Assembly (NCBI GenBank): GCA_050745565.1
Contig: JBOGKJ010000285.1
Span: 2,149-66,148 of the forward strand
DNA: 64,000 bases
Reading direction: 5' to 3'
Origin: Terriglobales bacterium
GTDB lineage: Bacteria > Acidobacteriota > Terriglobia > Terriglobales > SCQP01
Each line of letters begins with the position of its first letter. Within the stretch, counting starts at the first letter, position 1. The translations under genes were made by a program, and so were the position numbers. Of the stretch, positions 48,698 to 58,378 are shown in pieces. A model generated the notes under the pieces. The model was not told the DNA's origin, ran no database searches, and worked only from the letters and a program-made list of their open reading frames with translations.

Positions 48698-50137
48698 CTA
48701 ACCCGCTGCCGTTCGCGCCAGGGTGGTGGGTTGTGGGTGGCGGCTCGCCGGCTCCAGGGCCTCGACCCGCTGCCACAGCATCCCCACCCGCGCAGCCCCC
48801 GCCGCGGTAGCGTCGCGGTGGTACAGGCTCACTTCGGCGTGCAGGGCGTCCCGCAGCGCGCGGTAGAACTCGCTGGTGTAGGTGGCCTGAAACATGACCT
48901 CAAGGTCGTCACTATCGCTCCAGTTCCGCTTCGCCCCCAACTGCCCTCGCACTTGCCGGTGGAAGCCGGTGCCGGGCAGGGGGTAGGAGACTGAGACGCC
49001 GATGTCGTCCGGCCGCGCCGTGCGCACCAAGGCAATCGTCGCAGCGATTTCGGCCCAGCCCTCGCCAGGGTAGCCAAACTGCAAAAAGAACCCAGCGCGA
49101 ATATTCTGCGCGGCGAGTGCTGCCCGTGCCTCCAGCACTTGGCGGACGCGCAGGCCTTTGTCCATGCGGTCGAGCACCTCTTGCGCGCCCGATTCCGCAC
49201 CGAGCCAGACCTCGCGGCAACCGGCGCGTCGCAGGGCGGCACTGGCGGCGGCGGAGATCAGATTGGCGCGCGTTTGAATCTTGAACGGGGTCACCGCCTG
49301 CAGCCCCTGGACGGCCTGGGCCAGCTCCTCCGCCCACCCCGGCCGGAGGGCAAACACGTCATCCGCGAACCACAACTGGTCGGCGCCCCAGCGCGTGCGC
49401 AGCTCGTGCATCTCGCCTGCCACGGCCGCCGCAGAGCGGCCGTGCCAGGCGTTGCCATAGATGGGCTTCGCGCACCAATTGCAGCCATAGGGGCAGCCGC
49501 GGCTCGCCACCAGGTTGAGCGAAAAGTAGCCGTGGTGGGCCCGCCAGGCGCGCCGGTAGGGCTCAATATCCACCAGGTCACGGGCGGGTAGCGGCAGCGC
49601 GTCCAGTGCCGCAATCGCGCTCCGGGGCGGGGTTCGCGCCACGCGCCCGTCCGCCGTCAGCCATGCCAAACCGGCGATCGAGGTGACTTGCTGGGGATTT
49701 TGGGCCAAGGCCCGGGCGAGCTCGAGCAACGTCTGTTCCGGCTCACCCATCACCACCCAGTCGAATCCGGCATGCAGGTACTCCTCCACATGGTCGCTGG
49801 CATCCGAGCTGTTGCCCACGACCACCACGCCTGCGTCGTGCGCCATCTCCGCCATCGTCCACGCCAATTGCCGGTTTGCGGTCAGGCACATCTTGGACAG
49901 AAAATTAAAATTGTCCTCGCAAATCGCCAGCACTCGGGGCCGGTGGCGAGCAAGCGCGGAGCGCAAGCCGGGCAACGGCGGCTCGAAGGTGCTATCGAAG
50001 AACGCCACCGAGTGCCCGGCCGCGCGCAGTAGCGCGGCCGCGTACAGCCCGCTCAGCGGCGGGTAGGGCTGCATCTTCCGCGCCTGCTTCGTGTCCGACG
50101 GAACGTGATTGGCGTGGGTGAAGAGTATGTCAGTCAT
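48698..50137 (-). CDS. B12-binding-domain radical SAM protein (subfamily Y)
   Basis: 479 aa: MTDILFTHANHVPSDTKQARKMQPYPPLSGLY..., SRGCPYGCNWC. Confidence 0.85.
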   Translation of the reverse strand: MTDILFTHANHVPSDTKQARKMQPYPPLSGLYAAALLRAAGHSVAFFDSTFEPPLPGLRSALARHRPRVLAICEDNFNFLSKMCLTANRQLAWTMAEMAHDAGVVVVGNSSDASDHVEEYLHAGFDWVVMGEPEQTLLELARALAQNPQQVTSIAGLAWLTADGRVARTPPRSAIAALDALPLPARDLVDIEPYRRAWRAHHGYFSLNLVASRGCPYGCNWCAKPIYGNAWHGRSAAAVAGEMHELRTRWGADQLWFADDVFALRPGWAEELAQAVQGLQAVTPFKIQTRANLISAAASAALRRAGCREVWLGAESGAQEVLDRMDKGLRVRQVLEARAALAAQNIRAGFFLQFGYPGEGWAEIAATIALVRTARPDDIGVSVSYPLPGTGFHRQVRGQLGAKRNWSDSDDLEVMFQATYTSEFYRALRDALHAEVSLYHRDATAAGAARVGMLWQRVEALEPASRHPQPTTLARTAAG

Positions 50138-50170
50138 CGGTCTGCTCCCGGCGCCGCCGCCTGCCGCGGT

Positions 50171-51670
50171 TCAGCACGCCTCCTCCATGGAGTGACTCAA
50201 GCTCTGACCGGTCAGCAGGGAGCGGCGCGAGACCACGCCTTCGGTGGCCCGGGCCAACCACAGCTCCCACGGAAAACCAAAGCGGTTCACCCGCAGGCGC
50301 CAGCGCAAGGGCGCGCCCAGCACTCGGCGCCGGGCTCGGAACCACCGCGAACGCTGCGCGGCGCGCCGGATCTGGTTGTTCAACAGAAAGTACTCGAGCA
50401 TGCGGCGCAGCCGGCGGCGCTCTTCACCCTGCAGCCAGGGCAGTATGTTCCGCCCCAGCGGCAGGTCCGCCCACGCTTCCAAGTTCCCCGGCTCGTGCAC
50501 CCCCAGCGTCCGCAACTGCGGCCAGATCGGGATGCCGGGATAGGGGGTGAAAATGTTGGGGGAAAAGCTCACGACCCCATACCGGCGCGCGATGTCGCTC
50601 ATCACTCGGAAGGTGTGCAGGCGGTCGGCTTCGGTTTCGCCGGGGTAGCCTAGAATCAAATTGAAGGTCACCCGGATGCCGGCCTGGTCGGCCTTGCGCG
50701 CGGTCTCGAACATCTCCTCCACGCGCTGATGCTTCTTGTTCATGGCCAGCAGCACGCCTTCCGAAGCAGATTCGGTCCCGAACCCCATATGGCTGACGCC
50801 ACTGGCCGCGAGGCGGCCCACGTCGGCGTCACTGAGACGGCATAGCAGGTCCGTCGAGGCCTGAAAGGTCCAGCGGAAGCGCTCGCCGGAGGCGATAAAG
50901 CCCTCGGCGATCTCGATCGCGCGCTTGCCGTCCACGAGAAAATTGGAGTCCAGCAGCGCCACTTCCTCCAGTCCATGCCGCCGCACCAACTCGACCACCT
51001 CGCCCACCACGCGTCCGGCCTTGTACGCGTTGAAGCGCCGCTGGTAAAACACCATGTCGGTGCAGTAATTGCAGGCGTAGGGGCAGCCAATACTACTGGC
51101 GTATCCCGCCTTGCGTACGCCGCTCAGGCGGGCGTAGGCATCGAAGTCGGCCAGGTGGTAGGCGGGAGGCGTCAGTCGGTTGATGTTTTCCAGCGGCCGA
51201 TCGGGGTTGTGGACGTGCGCGCCGTTGCGCTTGAAGCTCACCCCGGCAACTTCCTCCATGCCGCGGCCCGCGGCAAGGCGCTCGGCAATCTCCAGCAGCG
51301 TGCGCTCCCCCTGCCGCCGCACCACCATGTCCACGTAGTCCGGTTCGAGCGACTGATCCGGAAGCAGACTGGGATGCCAGCCGCCCAGGATGATGGGCAG
51401 CTCCGGCCGCATCTGTTTCACGCGTCGGGCCAGGCGCGCGCCGTGCTGAATCATCGGACCGGTAAGCATGGAAATACCCAGGCAGAGCGCATCCGGAATC
51501 GCCCGCATCACCACGGCTTCGAAATCGGGCGTGACGGCGGCATCAACCAGACGCACCGGGAAACCGGCTTCCAACAGCGGCGCAGCCAGGCACAGAAGAC
51601 TGAGCGGCGCGCTGAGCGCCGGCCCCGAGTATGGCGGATAGAACAGGACGATCGTGCGTGGCGCGCTCAT
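50171..51670 (-). CDS. B12-binding-domain radical SAM protein (subfamily X)
   Basis: 499 aa from ATG 51670 (MSAPRTIVLFYPPYSG...), SIGCPYACNYC, C-terminal FGFPWELW. Confidence 0.85.
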   Translation of the reverse strand: MSAPRTIVLFYPPYSGPALSAPLSLLCLAAPLLEAGFPVRLVDAAVTPDFEAVVMRAIPDALCLGISMLTGPMIQHGARLARRVKQMRPELPIILGGWHPSLLPDQSLEPDYVDMVVRRQGERTLLEIAERLAAGRGMEEVAGVSFKRNGAHVHNPDRPLENINRLTPPAYHLADFDAYARLSGVRKAGYASSIGCPYACNYCTDMVFYQRRFNAYKAGRVVGEVVELVRRHGLEEVALLDSNFLVDGKRAIEIAEGFIASGERFRWTFQASTDLLCRLSDADVGRLAASGVSHMGFGTESASEGVLLAMNKKHQRVEEMFETARKADQAGIRVTFNLILGYPGETEADRLHTFRVMSDIARRYGVVSFSPNIFTPYPGIPIWPQLRTLGVHEPGNLEAWADLPLGRNILPWLQGEERRRLRRMLEYFLLNNQIRRAAQRSRWFRARRRVLGAPLRWRLRVNRFGFPWELWLARATEGVVSRRSLLTGQSLSHSMEEAC

Positions 51671-53226
51671 GGGCAGCTCGCCTGCGTCTGCAACTGCTTG
51701 GCGTCCACCGAGGGCTTGGCGGGGGGCAGAATGTGCTTCAGCTTGCGGTTGATCCACAGCTCCACCGGCAGGGCGTAGATATCGTGATCGAGCCGCCAGC
51801 GCGCCGGATAGCTGGTGGCGTGCTGCAGTTTGCGGCGCCAGACCTTGCGCCGGTCAGCGGCGATGGGAATGCGGTCAAAGGCGATGCGGAGATAATCGCG
51901 CATCGTCTGCAGCCGCTGATGTTCCCGTCCGCGCAGCCACGGCAGCACGGTGTAGCGGGGGAAGAAATCCGCCCAGCCCGCCAGCGTCGCCGGCAGCTCC
52001 AGGCCCAGTTCCTGGGCCTTGTGCAGGACCGGCGCGCCGGGGTAGGGCGTAAAGATGTTCGTCCAAAACTCCGCGCCGGAGTGGCGGCGGCACATGTCCA
52101 TCATGAAACGAACGGTTTCGCGGCGCTCGGCCCGGCCCTCGCCGGGAAATCCAAAAATGATGTTGAACGAGGGGCGAATACCGGCTTGCAAGCAGCGGGA
52201 CGCGGTCTGGTCAATGTCGTCGAAGTTTTGGAACGTCTTGTTCATCAGCGCCAGCACTTTGGGAGACGCCGAGTCCACGCCATGGCAGATCTGGGACAAG
52301 CCGGCTCGGCGCAACAGGCGCAAATTATCGGGCGTCAGGCGGGCGGTCAGATTGCTGGTCGCCTGGATGCTCCAGTCGAAACGGGCACCGCCGCGCACCA
52401 GGTCTTCGGCGATGTGCAGGGCGCGCTCCAGATCCACCAGAAAGTTGTCGTCCACCACCCAGAGCAGCTGCAGGCGGTAGCGGCGGGTCAGCTCCAGCAT
52501 CTCGGCCGCCGTCTGGTCAGCGGGCAGCGCATTCCATTGGCGTCCGTAGACGGCGGCATTGGTGCAGTAGGCGCAGTGGAAGGGGCATCCCAGGCTCGAC
52601 GTGTACATCGCCCAACGTTTGCCGCACAGCCGTTCATAGGCGTCGAAGTCGGCGATCTGGTAGGCCTTGGGCGGCAATTCGGCCAGGCGTAGCAGCCCCC
52701 GTGGCGGATTGAGCACAAGCTCGCCGCCGCGTTTAAAGCCGACGCCGGCGATGCCGTCCAACGTTTCGCCGGCGGCCAGACGTTGCACGACCGCCAGCAT
52801 GGCCTGCTCACCCTGGCCCTGCACCACGGCATCAATGCAAGCCGTTTCGAGAGTTTGGCGGGGAAGCAGCGAGGGGTGCCAGCCGCCCACAATGATCGGA
52901 AACGCCGGATTCCAGGCTTTGACGGCGCGGGCGACCTGAAGCGTCTCCCGGATCATGGGCCCGGTGACCAGCGACACGGCGAGGCAGAGGGCGTCCTGCA
53001 CCTCCGCCAGCACCCGTTTTTCGAACTGCGGGGTGATGGTGGAATCAATAAGCTGGACTTGGAAGCCGGCACTCAGCAGCGGGGCGGCCACCGCCAGAAT
53101 GCCGAGCGGCGCCGTGGCCTCCTGGCTGGAAAAGGCCGGGAAGAAGAAGACGACCTTGCGGGATGGACGCTGGTGACTCAATGCAGATTGAGCATAAACG
53201 GAGGGCCCAGTGAAGATGTCAAGCAC
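51667..53226 (-). CDS. B12-binding-domain radical SAM protein (subfamily X)
   Basis: 519 aa, SLGCPFHCAYC, C-terminal YALPVELW. Clear paralogue of 50171-51670. Confidence 0.85.
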   Translation of the reverse strand: MLDIFTGPSVYAQSALSHQRPSRKVVFFFPAFSSQEATAPLGILAVAAPLLSAGFQVQLIDSTITPQFEKRVLAEVQDALCLAVSLVTGPMIRETLQVARAVKAWNPAFPIIVGGWHPSLLPRQTLETACIDAVVQGQGEQAMLAVVQRLAAGETLDGIAGVGFKRGGELVLNPPRGLLRLAELPPKAYQIADFDAYERLCGKRWAMYTSSLGCPFHCAYCTNAAVYGRQWNALPADQTAAEMLELTRRYRLQLLWVVDDNFLVDLERALHIAEDLVRGGARFDWSIQATSNLTARLTPDNLRLLRRAGLSQICHGVDSASPKVLALMNKTFQNFDDIDQTASRCLQAGIRPSFNIIFGFPGEGRAERRETVRFMMDMCRRHSGAEFWTNIFTPYPGAPVLHKAQELGLELPATLAGWADFFPRYTVLPWLRGREHQRLQTMRDYLRIAFDRIPIAADRRKVWRRKLQHATSYPARWRLDHDIYALPVELWINRKLKHILPPAKPSVDAKQLQTQASCP

Positions 53227-53251
53227 TGATGAGACCCATGCAAACTCTTAG

Positions 53252-54277
53252 TCAACGCCCGTTTGCAGCCGCGAGGGCGGCGTCCAAAGCCGCTTGCACC
53301 CGGTGAGTGCAGGCCGCCCATGTCCAACTGGTCGCGCGTCGCAGGCCCCGTTCCCGCAACTCCAGCCGCAGCCCCCCGTTGTCCACCAGTTCGACCAGCC
53401 CGGCGCCGATGGCCTCAACTTCGCGAGGGTCTACGGCGAGGGCGGCTTCGCCGACCACTTCGGGCACGGCCGTGGTGTTGCTGGTGAGCACCGGCGCCCC
53501 GCACGCCATCGCCTCCAGCGCCACCAGGCCGAACCCTTCGTGCGTGGAGGGCACGGCAACGCCCAGGGCGCCGCGATAATACGCACCCAAATCCGACTCC
53601 GGAATCCGGCCCACAAAGCGAATCTGCGCGGCCACGCCCAGGCGGCGAGCGAGCGTCAACAAATCCGCCTCCGGGGCGCCATTAAACACGAGGTGAATGC
53701 CGCGGTGCGCCAGCCCGGCGGCGGCGTACGCCGCCACCAACCGGGCGCGATTCTTATGGGGGCGGGCGTTGCCCAGAGAGAGGATGTAGGGATAACCGGG
53801 CGAATGCTTGGGGCCCTTGGGGTGAAACTCCGGACCCGTTCCCAGACCGGTAACCACCACCTTCTCCGGCGAGATGCCGCTCCAGTCTACGATCTCCTGC
53901 CGCGAGAACTCCGAAGGCGTCAGCACAAACAGCGCCCGGCGGGCCGCCGGCAACACTATGTGGCGATAGTAGGCTCGCTTGCGCCGCCCAGTTTCATCGG
54001 CACAGTGCAGATGGATGAGGTCGGCGATGTTGAACACCAGTGGGGTCGCCCCTCCCCAGGGCGGATTGAAGCCGGGGGTGAAGTACAGGCGCGGGCGATG
54101 GCACCGCAACTGAGCACGCAGCCAGAGTGGCTCCAAGGGATGCAGGCAGGGCGGTCCGCCGGTCAGCGCCGTCGCATCCCTGAGCGCGCGCGTGACTTCC
54201 CGCGCGAACCGCCCCAGTCCATGATCGCCGTCCCAGCGGCCATCGTAGAGCAGCGCCGGCCTGGGACGGGGCGCCAC
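53252..54277 (-). CDS. family 4 (GT-B) glycosyltransferase
   Basis: 341 aa from GTG 54277, 2 nt after the upstream stop. STHEGFGLVALEAMACGAPVLTS (EX7E). The ORF-track 491-aa entry is over-extended. Confidence 0.85.
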   Translation of the reverse strand: MAPRPRPALLYDGRWDGDHGLGRFAREVTRALRDATALTGGPPCLHPLEPLWLRAQLRCHRPRLYFTPGFNPPWGGATPLVFNIADLIHLHCADETGRRKRAYYRHIVLPAARRALFVLTPSEFSRQEIVDWSGISPEKVVVTGLGTGPEFHPKGPKHSPGYPYILSLGNARPHKNRARLVAAYAAAGLAHRGIHLVFNGAPEADLLTLARRLGVAAQIRFVGRIPESDLGAYYRGALGVAVPSTHEGFGLVALEAMACGAPVLTSNTTAVPEVVGEAALAVDPREVEAIGAGLVELVDNGGLRLELRERGLRRATSWTWAACTHRVQAALDAALAAANGR

Positions 54278-54279
54278 GG

Positions 54280-55434
54280 CTATGCTCCGGCTGCGGCGGC
54301 CGGCCGGCGTGAGCGCAAGTGCGTCTGCCAGGCCTGTTCGACGCACCGGGCAAAGTCGGCCTGAAACCGGACGCGGCTGAAACGCAGCACCGAGGCGCGA
54401 AGCACGTCCTCTCGAAAGCTGTATTGCGGCAACGCCTCCAGCGCGCCGATCAATCCCGCCGCGGATTGGGGCGCGAACAGCAATCCCGAGACGCCGTGCC
54501 GGACAATTTCGGTGGCGCCTCCGGCATTGTAGGCCACCACCGGGCAGCCGCACGCCAACGCTTCGGCCATGATGATGCCGAAATCCTCCTCGCCGGGAAA
54601 CACAAGCGCCCGGCTGGTTTGCAGCCGAGTGACCAACTCCGGCCGCGGCACCGCGCCCAGAAAGCGGATGTTCGGGCGGGCCCGGCGCTGCAGCCTGGCC
54701 CGTTCGCTGCCTTCGCCCACGATGCACAACGGCAAACCGTTGTGGTTGAACGCCTCTATGGCAATATCGAGGCGTTTGTACGGCACCAGCGACGAGACCG
54801 CCAGGAACTCGGGGGAACGCGCTCCGCCGCGCCCACCCACCGCCGGACGGAACACATCCACCGCAACCGGCGGAGGTATCACCAGGCTCTCGCGTTGGTA
54901 ATAGCGCCGGATGCGGGCGCGCACGGTTTCGGAGTTGGCGACGAATACATCCACCCGCTGCGCCGCTGCGAAGTCCTGCCGCCGCAGCCGCTCCACCAGA
55001 ACCGGCAGCAGGTGGCGGGCCAGCCGGCCGCCGGTCTGGCGATACGTGTCATAGCCGCTCCAGACGTATCGCATGGGCGAGTGACAGTAACAAACGTGCA
55101 GCGCCTCCGCCCCGGCGCGCACGGATTTTACCGTGGCGGCGTCGGAGCTGATCACCAGGGCATGTCCCTCGACTTGCAACCGGGCGCTGGCCCAGCCGAA
55201 CCATGGCAGGCAGAGACGATACCCGCGCCGAATCCCGGGTATGCGCTGCAACGGCGAAACCTGGATGCTGCGCCCCGGAAACAGGGCTCTGGCGAGGCCG
55301 GGCTCTCGGACCAGTGTGAACAGGTCCGCTTGGGGATACAGTTCGGCGATGGCCGCCAGCACCTGTTCCCCGCCCCGCGGCGTCACCAGCCAGTGGTGCA
55401 CCAGGGCGATTTTGGCGGGCGTGGAATTCAGCAT
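54280..55434 (-). CDS. family 4 (GT-B) glycosyltransferase
   Basis: 384 aa from ATG 55434 (MLNSTPAKIALVHHWL...). GEEDFGIIMAEALACGCPVVAY. Confidence 0.85.
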   Translation of the reverse strand: MLNSTPAKIALVHHWLVTPRGGEQVLAAIAELYPQADLFTLVREPGLARALFPGRSIQVSPLQRIPGIRRGYRLCLPWFGWASARLQVEGHALVISSDAATVKSVRAGAEALHVCYCHSPMRYVWSGYDTYRQTGGRLARHLLPVLVERLRRQDFAAAQRVDVFVANSETVRARIRRYYQRESLVIPPPVAVDVFRPAVGGRGGARSPEFLAVSSLVPYKRLDIAIEAFNHNGLPLCIVGEGSERARLQRRARPNIRFLGAVPRPELVTRLQTSRALVFPGEEDFGIIMAEALACGCPVVAYNAGGATEIVRHGVSGLLFAPQSAAGLIGALEALPQYSFREDVLRASVLRFSRVRFQADFARCVEQAWQTHLRSRRPAAAAGA

Positions 55435-56936
55435 GGCGGCCGGCCCCGCGGGTCGTCCGGCCTTTGGCGCGCCGCGGCCTCCGCCCGGCTCTGCGCCCAG
55501 GCGGCCAGCGTCAGCAGCACCAACAGGCCCCGCCAGTAGGTCTGGGCATCCACCGCCAGCATCTCCACCAGTTCGGCGCCCCATGCCGCTGCCAGAAACG
55601 CGCCCCAGAACCGAGCCTGCGCCTGGCCCAGCAGCCGACGCGCCTGCCGCAATACGCTGATGCTCAACACCGCGTACCCGAGCAGGCCGGCACATCCTGT
55701 TTCCGCCAGCAGACTGAGATAGCCGTTGTCGGTCGTGATGGGCGTGTGAAACAGGCGCGTGATGCCAAGCGTCTTGTAGCCCACTCCGAACACCAAGAGC
55801 CCCGGCCGTGACAAAAGGATCGTCCGCAAATGCTCCCAGGTGGCGACCCGTCCGCTGGTGGCGGCGTACGGATCCGACAACAGCAGCCCGAGACTGCTGA
55901 TCCGCCGGTGCAGGAAGTAACCCCAAAGTCCGGGCGAAAGCACCCAGGTCAGCACCAGCGGTAGCGCCAGCACCCCCGTCAGCGCCCACATTCCCGACCA
56001 TCGCACCGGGCGCGCCAGCCAGACGAAAATCACCACGCCCACCAGAGCGCCGCCCCAGGCGTTCCTGGAAAACGACAGGAACGCCGCCACGCTGAACACC
56101 GCAGCCGACGCCAGACCCCAGGCCGCCCGCAAACCGATCTCGTCCTCGCGCCGCGCGAGAAACGCGGCCGCGCTCAGCAGCAACAACAGCGTGCAGAAGT
56201 TGGCGAAGTTGGACGCTTCGTAGAAGAAGCCCTGGGCGCGCCGCAACAGCGCCCCCCCCAGCCAGATGAACTCATCGCCACTGGGATGGATCGGGTTCAG
56301 AGGGTGGATAAAATCCACAATACCGTAGAGCGCGGCCACCAGCGCCGCCCCCATCACCAGCGGCGCCAGCGCCTGCCGCAGCCAACTCGCTGGCGCGGGG
56401 GCCCGCGCCAGCACGTAAACCGGAATGATCTGCGCCAATACCAGCCAGTGCAGCAGGCTTTGCGCGCCCACCGCCGCTCCGGAGAGCCAGAAAGCAAACG
56501 CGATGGAAGGCAGTAGCGCGAACATAAAGACGACCAGCCCGCGCAATAGAATATCGGGCGAATGTTTGCCCCCTTGCCCCAGCGTCAGGTCCGGATAGCG
56601 GAGCAGCAGCACGGCCATCCCGGCCGGGAGCAGCAGGATCGGAGCAAACACCGGGATGGCGCTCTGGGTGGCGGAAGCGGCCGGGATGTAAAACGGCGGC
56701 GGAACAATGACCGCCAACAGATCCACCGCTACGAACAAATACGGATGGCGGACACAGGCGAGGGCGAACCCTGCGTACAGCGCCGCCACCATCGTCGCGC
56801 CCGCCCCGGCGGGATGGGCCGCGCCCGCCACCACGGCATAGCCGGCCAGCGCCGCAAATCCGGACAGTGCCATCCATCGCTGCCAGCGACGAAACGCAGG
56901 GCGGGCGGGCAGCGCCCGGACCGCACCGGCGTTCAT
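55428..56936 (-). CDS. O-antigen ligase/polymerase family (Wzy_C-type) membrane protein
   Basis: 502 aa from ATG 56936, at least 10 TM segments, LSFSRNAWGGALVG loop motif. Confidence 0.75.
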   Translation of the reverse strand: MNAGAVRALPARPAFRRWQRWMALSGFAALAGYAVVAGAAHPAGAGATMVAALYAGFALACVRHPYLFVAVDLLAVIVPPPFYIPAASATQSAIPVFAPILLLPAGMAVLLLRYPDLTLGQGGKHSPDILLRGLVVFMFALLPSIAFAFWLSGAAVGAQSLLHWLVLAQIIPVYVLARAPAPASWLRQALAPLVMGAALVAALYGIVDFIHPLNPIHPSGDEFIWLGGALLRRAQGFFYEASNFANFCTLLLLLSAAAFLARREDEIGLRAAWGLASAAVFSVAAFLSFSRNAWGGALVGVVIFVWLARPVRWSGMWALTGVLALPLVLTWVLSPGLWGYFLHRRISSLGLLLSDPYAATSGRVATWEHLRTILLSRPGLLVFGVGYKTLGITRLFHTPITTDNGYLSLLAETGCAGLLGYAVLSISVLRQARRLLGQAQARFWGAFLAAAWGAELVEMLAVDAQTYWRGLLVLLTLAAWAQSRAEAAARQRPDDPRGRPPC

Positions 56937-58378
56937 GGCAGCACCTGCGGCGACGACAGGAACAGCAGCTCGCGCAGCCGCGGCCGTCCGAATATCCACA
57001 GACTGCCGGCCAGCAGCGCCACCTCGCTGATCGCCGTCCGGTCCAGCGGCGGGCGCAGCCAGCTCAGCGCCGCCGCCGCCAGCGCGATGGCGACCGCGCC
57101 CAACCCGATCCGCACCGCATGCCGCATCAGCCGCGGCGTCCAAATCGCCCGCAGCACGCAACCCAGGAACCCGGCGGCCATGACCAACTGCGTCACCACA
57201 TCGGCGATGGCGCTGCCCCGCGCACCGGCCGCGCCGGCCAGGACGAACTGCAGCACGACCCCTACTCCCACGCCGGCGGCGGTCACACCTAGGTACGCGG
57301 CGCGGCGCCGTGCCGCCACCAGCACGTAAAACAAGACCGTGTTGAGAAATAGCAGCGGCAGCGCAGGAATGAGCAGGCGCAGTAAACCCGAGGCACTCGC
57401 CAGGCGCGGCCCAAACAACACCGCCAACACCCGCGGCGCCATCTTCCAAACCAACAGAGAGATCGGAACGGACGTGAGCAGGCTGTATTTGGTCAAATGG
57501 GCGGCGTATACCCGGCCCCGTTGGCGTGGGCCCCGCAAAACACGCGCAAGTTTGGGGAACAACACTGTCATCAATAGGCTGGCGGCGAGATAGGCGGCAA
57601 GCAGCAGGTACGCACATGCCTGAAAGCGGCCCAGCACCGCATTGGGGCTGCGCAGCGAAAGCACCAACACGTCGAGCCGGAGGCTGAGCGCCTGCAACAG
57701 CGTCGTCACGCCCAGCGGCAAGGCGGCGAGAAACATCGCCGCTGGCGTGGGCGAGAAGCGGCGCGGGTGCGGCCCGGTGGGGAAACATACGCGCACGAAT
57801 CTCCAGGCCAGTCCGGTTTCCACCATTTGACCTGCCAGCAGGCAGGCGGTAACCATGCCCAGGCTGGCGTGCCAGAACCAGGCCACGCCGACGCACGTCA
57901 GCACGGTGGCGGCATTGGCCCCCTGCACTCCCGCGATGAAGTGCATGCGTTCCAGGGCGCGGAATACCGCCGCGCATCCCTGGCTGTAGGTCTGCAGCAG
58001 CGCCCGTGCCATGAGCAGCCCTAGCAGCAGCCGTCGGCCCGGGTCGTGCAGACCCCACAGCTCCAGCGCCACCGTGCCCACCACCACCACCGTGGCCAGG
58101 CGCCACTTCAACGCCTGCATGGCCCAGAACCACCCGGCCAGTTCGTCCGGCCGCGCCGCCACTTCCCGCGTGACCAGCAGATGCGAACCGCAATCCGGCA
58201 CGAGCAGGAGCACACTTGCCAGCGCCACCGCATAGCCATAGGCCCCCAGCCCTGCCGCCCCGAAACGATGCCCAACGAGGACCGCCATTGCCAGCGTGGC
58301 GATCCGTGCCGCCGACTCGCCCCCCAGCACCGAGAGCAGGTTCAGCAGAAACCCCCGCGGTGGACTACTGGCCGCCAT
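56933..58378 (-). CDS. oligosaccharide flippase (Wzx/MOP family)
   Basis: 481 aa, about 12-14 TM segments, N-terminal pattern typical of polysaccharide biosynthesis/flippase proteins. Confidence 0.8.
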   Translation of the reverse strand: MAASSPPRGFLLNLLSVLGGESAARIATLAMAVLVGHRFGAAGLGAYGYAVALASVLLLVPDCGSHLLVTREVAARPDELAGWFWAMQALKWRLATVVVVGTVALELWGLHDPGRRLLLGLLMARALLQTYSQGCAAVFRALERMHFIAGVQGANAATVLTCVGVAWFWHASLGMVTACLLAGQMVETGLAWRFVRVCFPTGPHPRRFSPTPAAMFLAALPLGVTTLLQALSLRLDVLVLSLRSPNAVLGRFQACAYLLLAAYLAASLLMTVLFPKLARVLRGPRQRGRVYAAHLTKYSLLTSVPISLLVWKMAPRVLAVLFGPRLASASGLLRLLIPALPLLFLNTVLFYVLVAARRRAAYLGVTAAGVGVGVVLQFVLAGAAGARGSAIADVVTQLVMAAGFLGCVLRAIWTPRLMRHAVRIGLGAVAIALAAAALSWLRPPLDRTAISEVALLAGSLWIFGRPRLRELLFLSSPQVLP

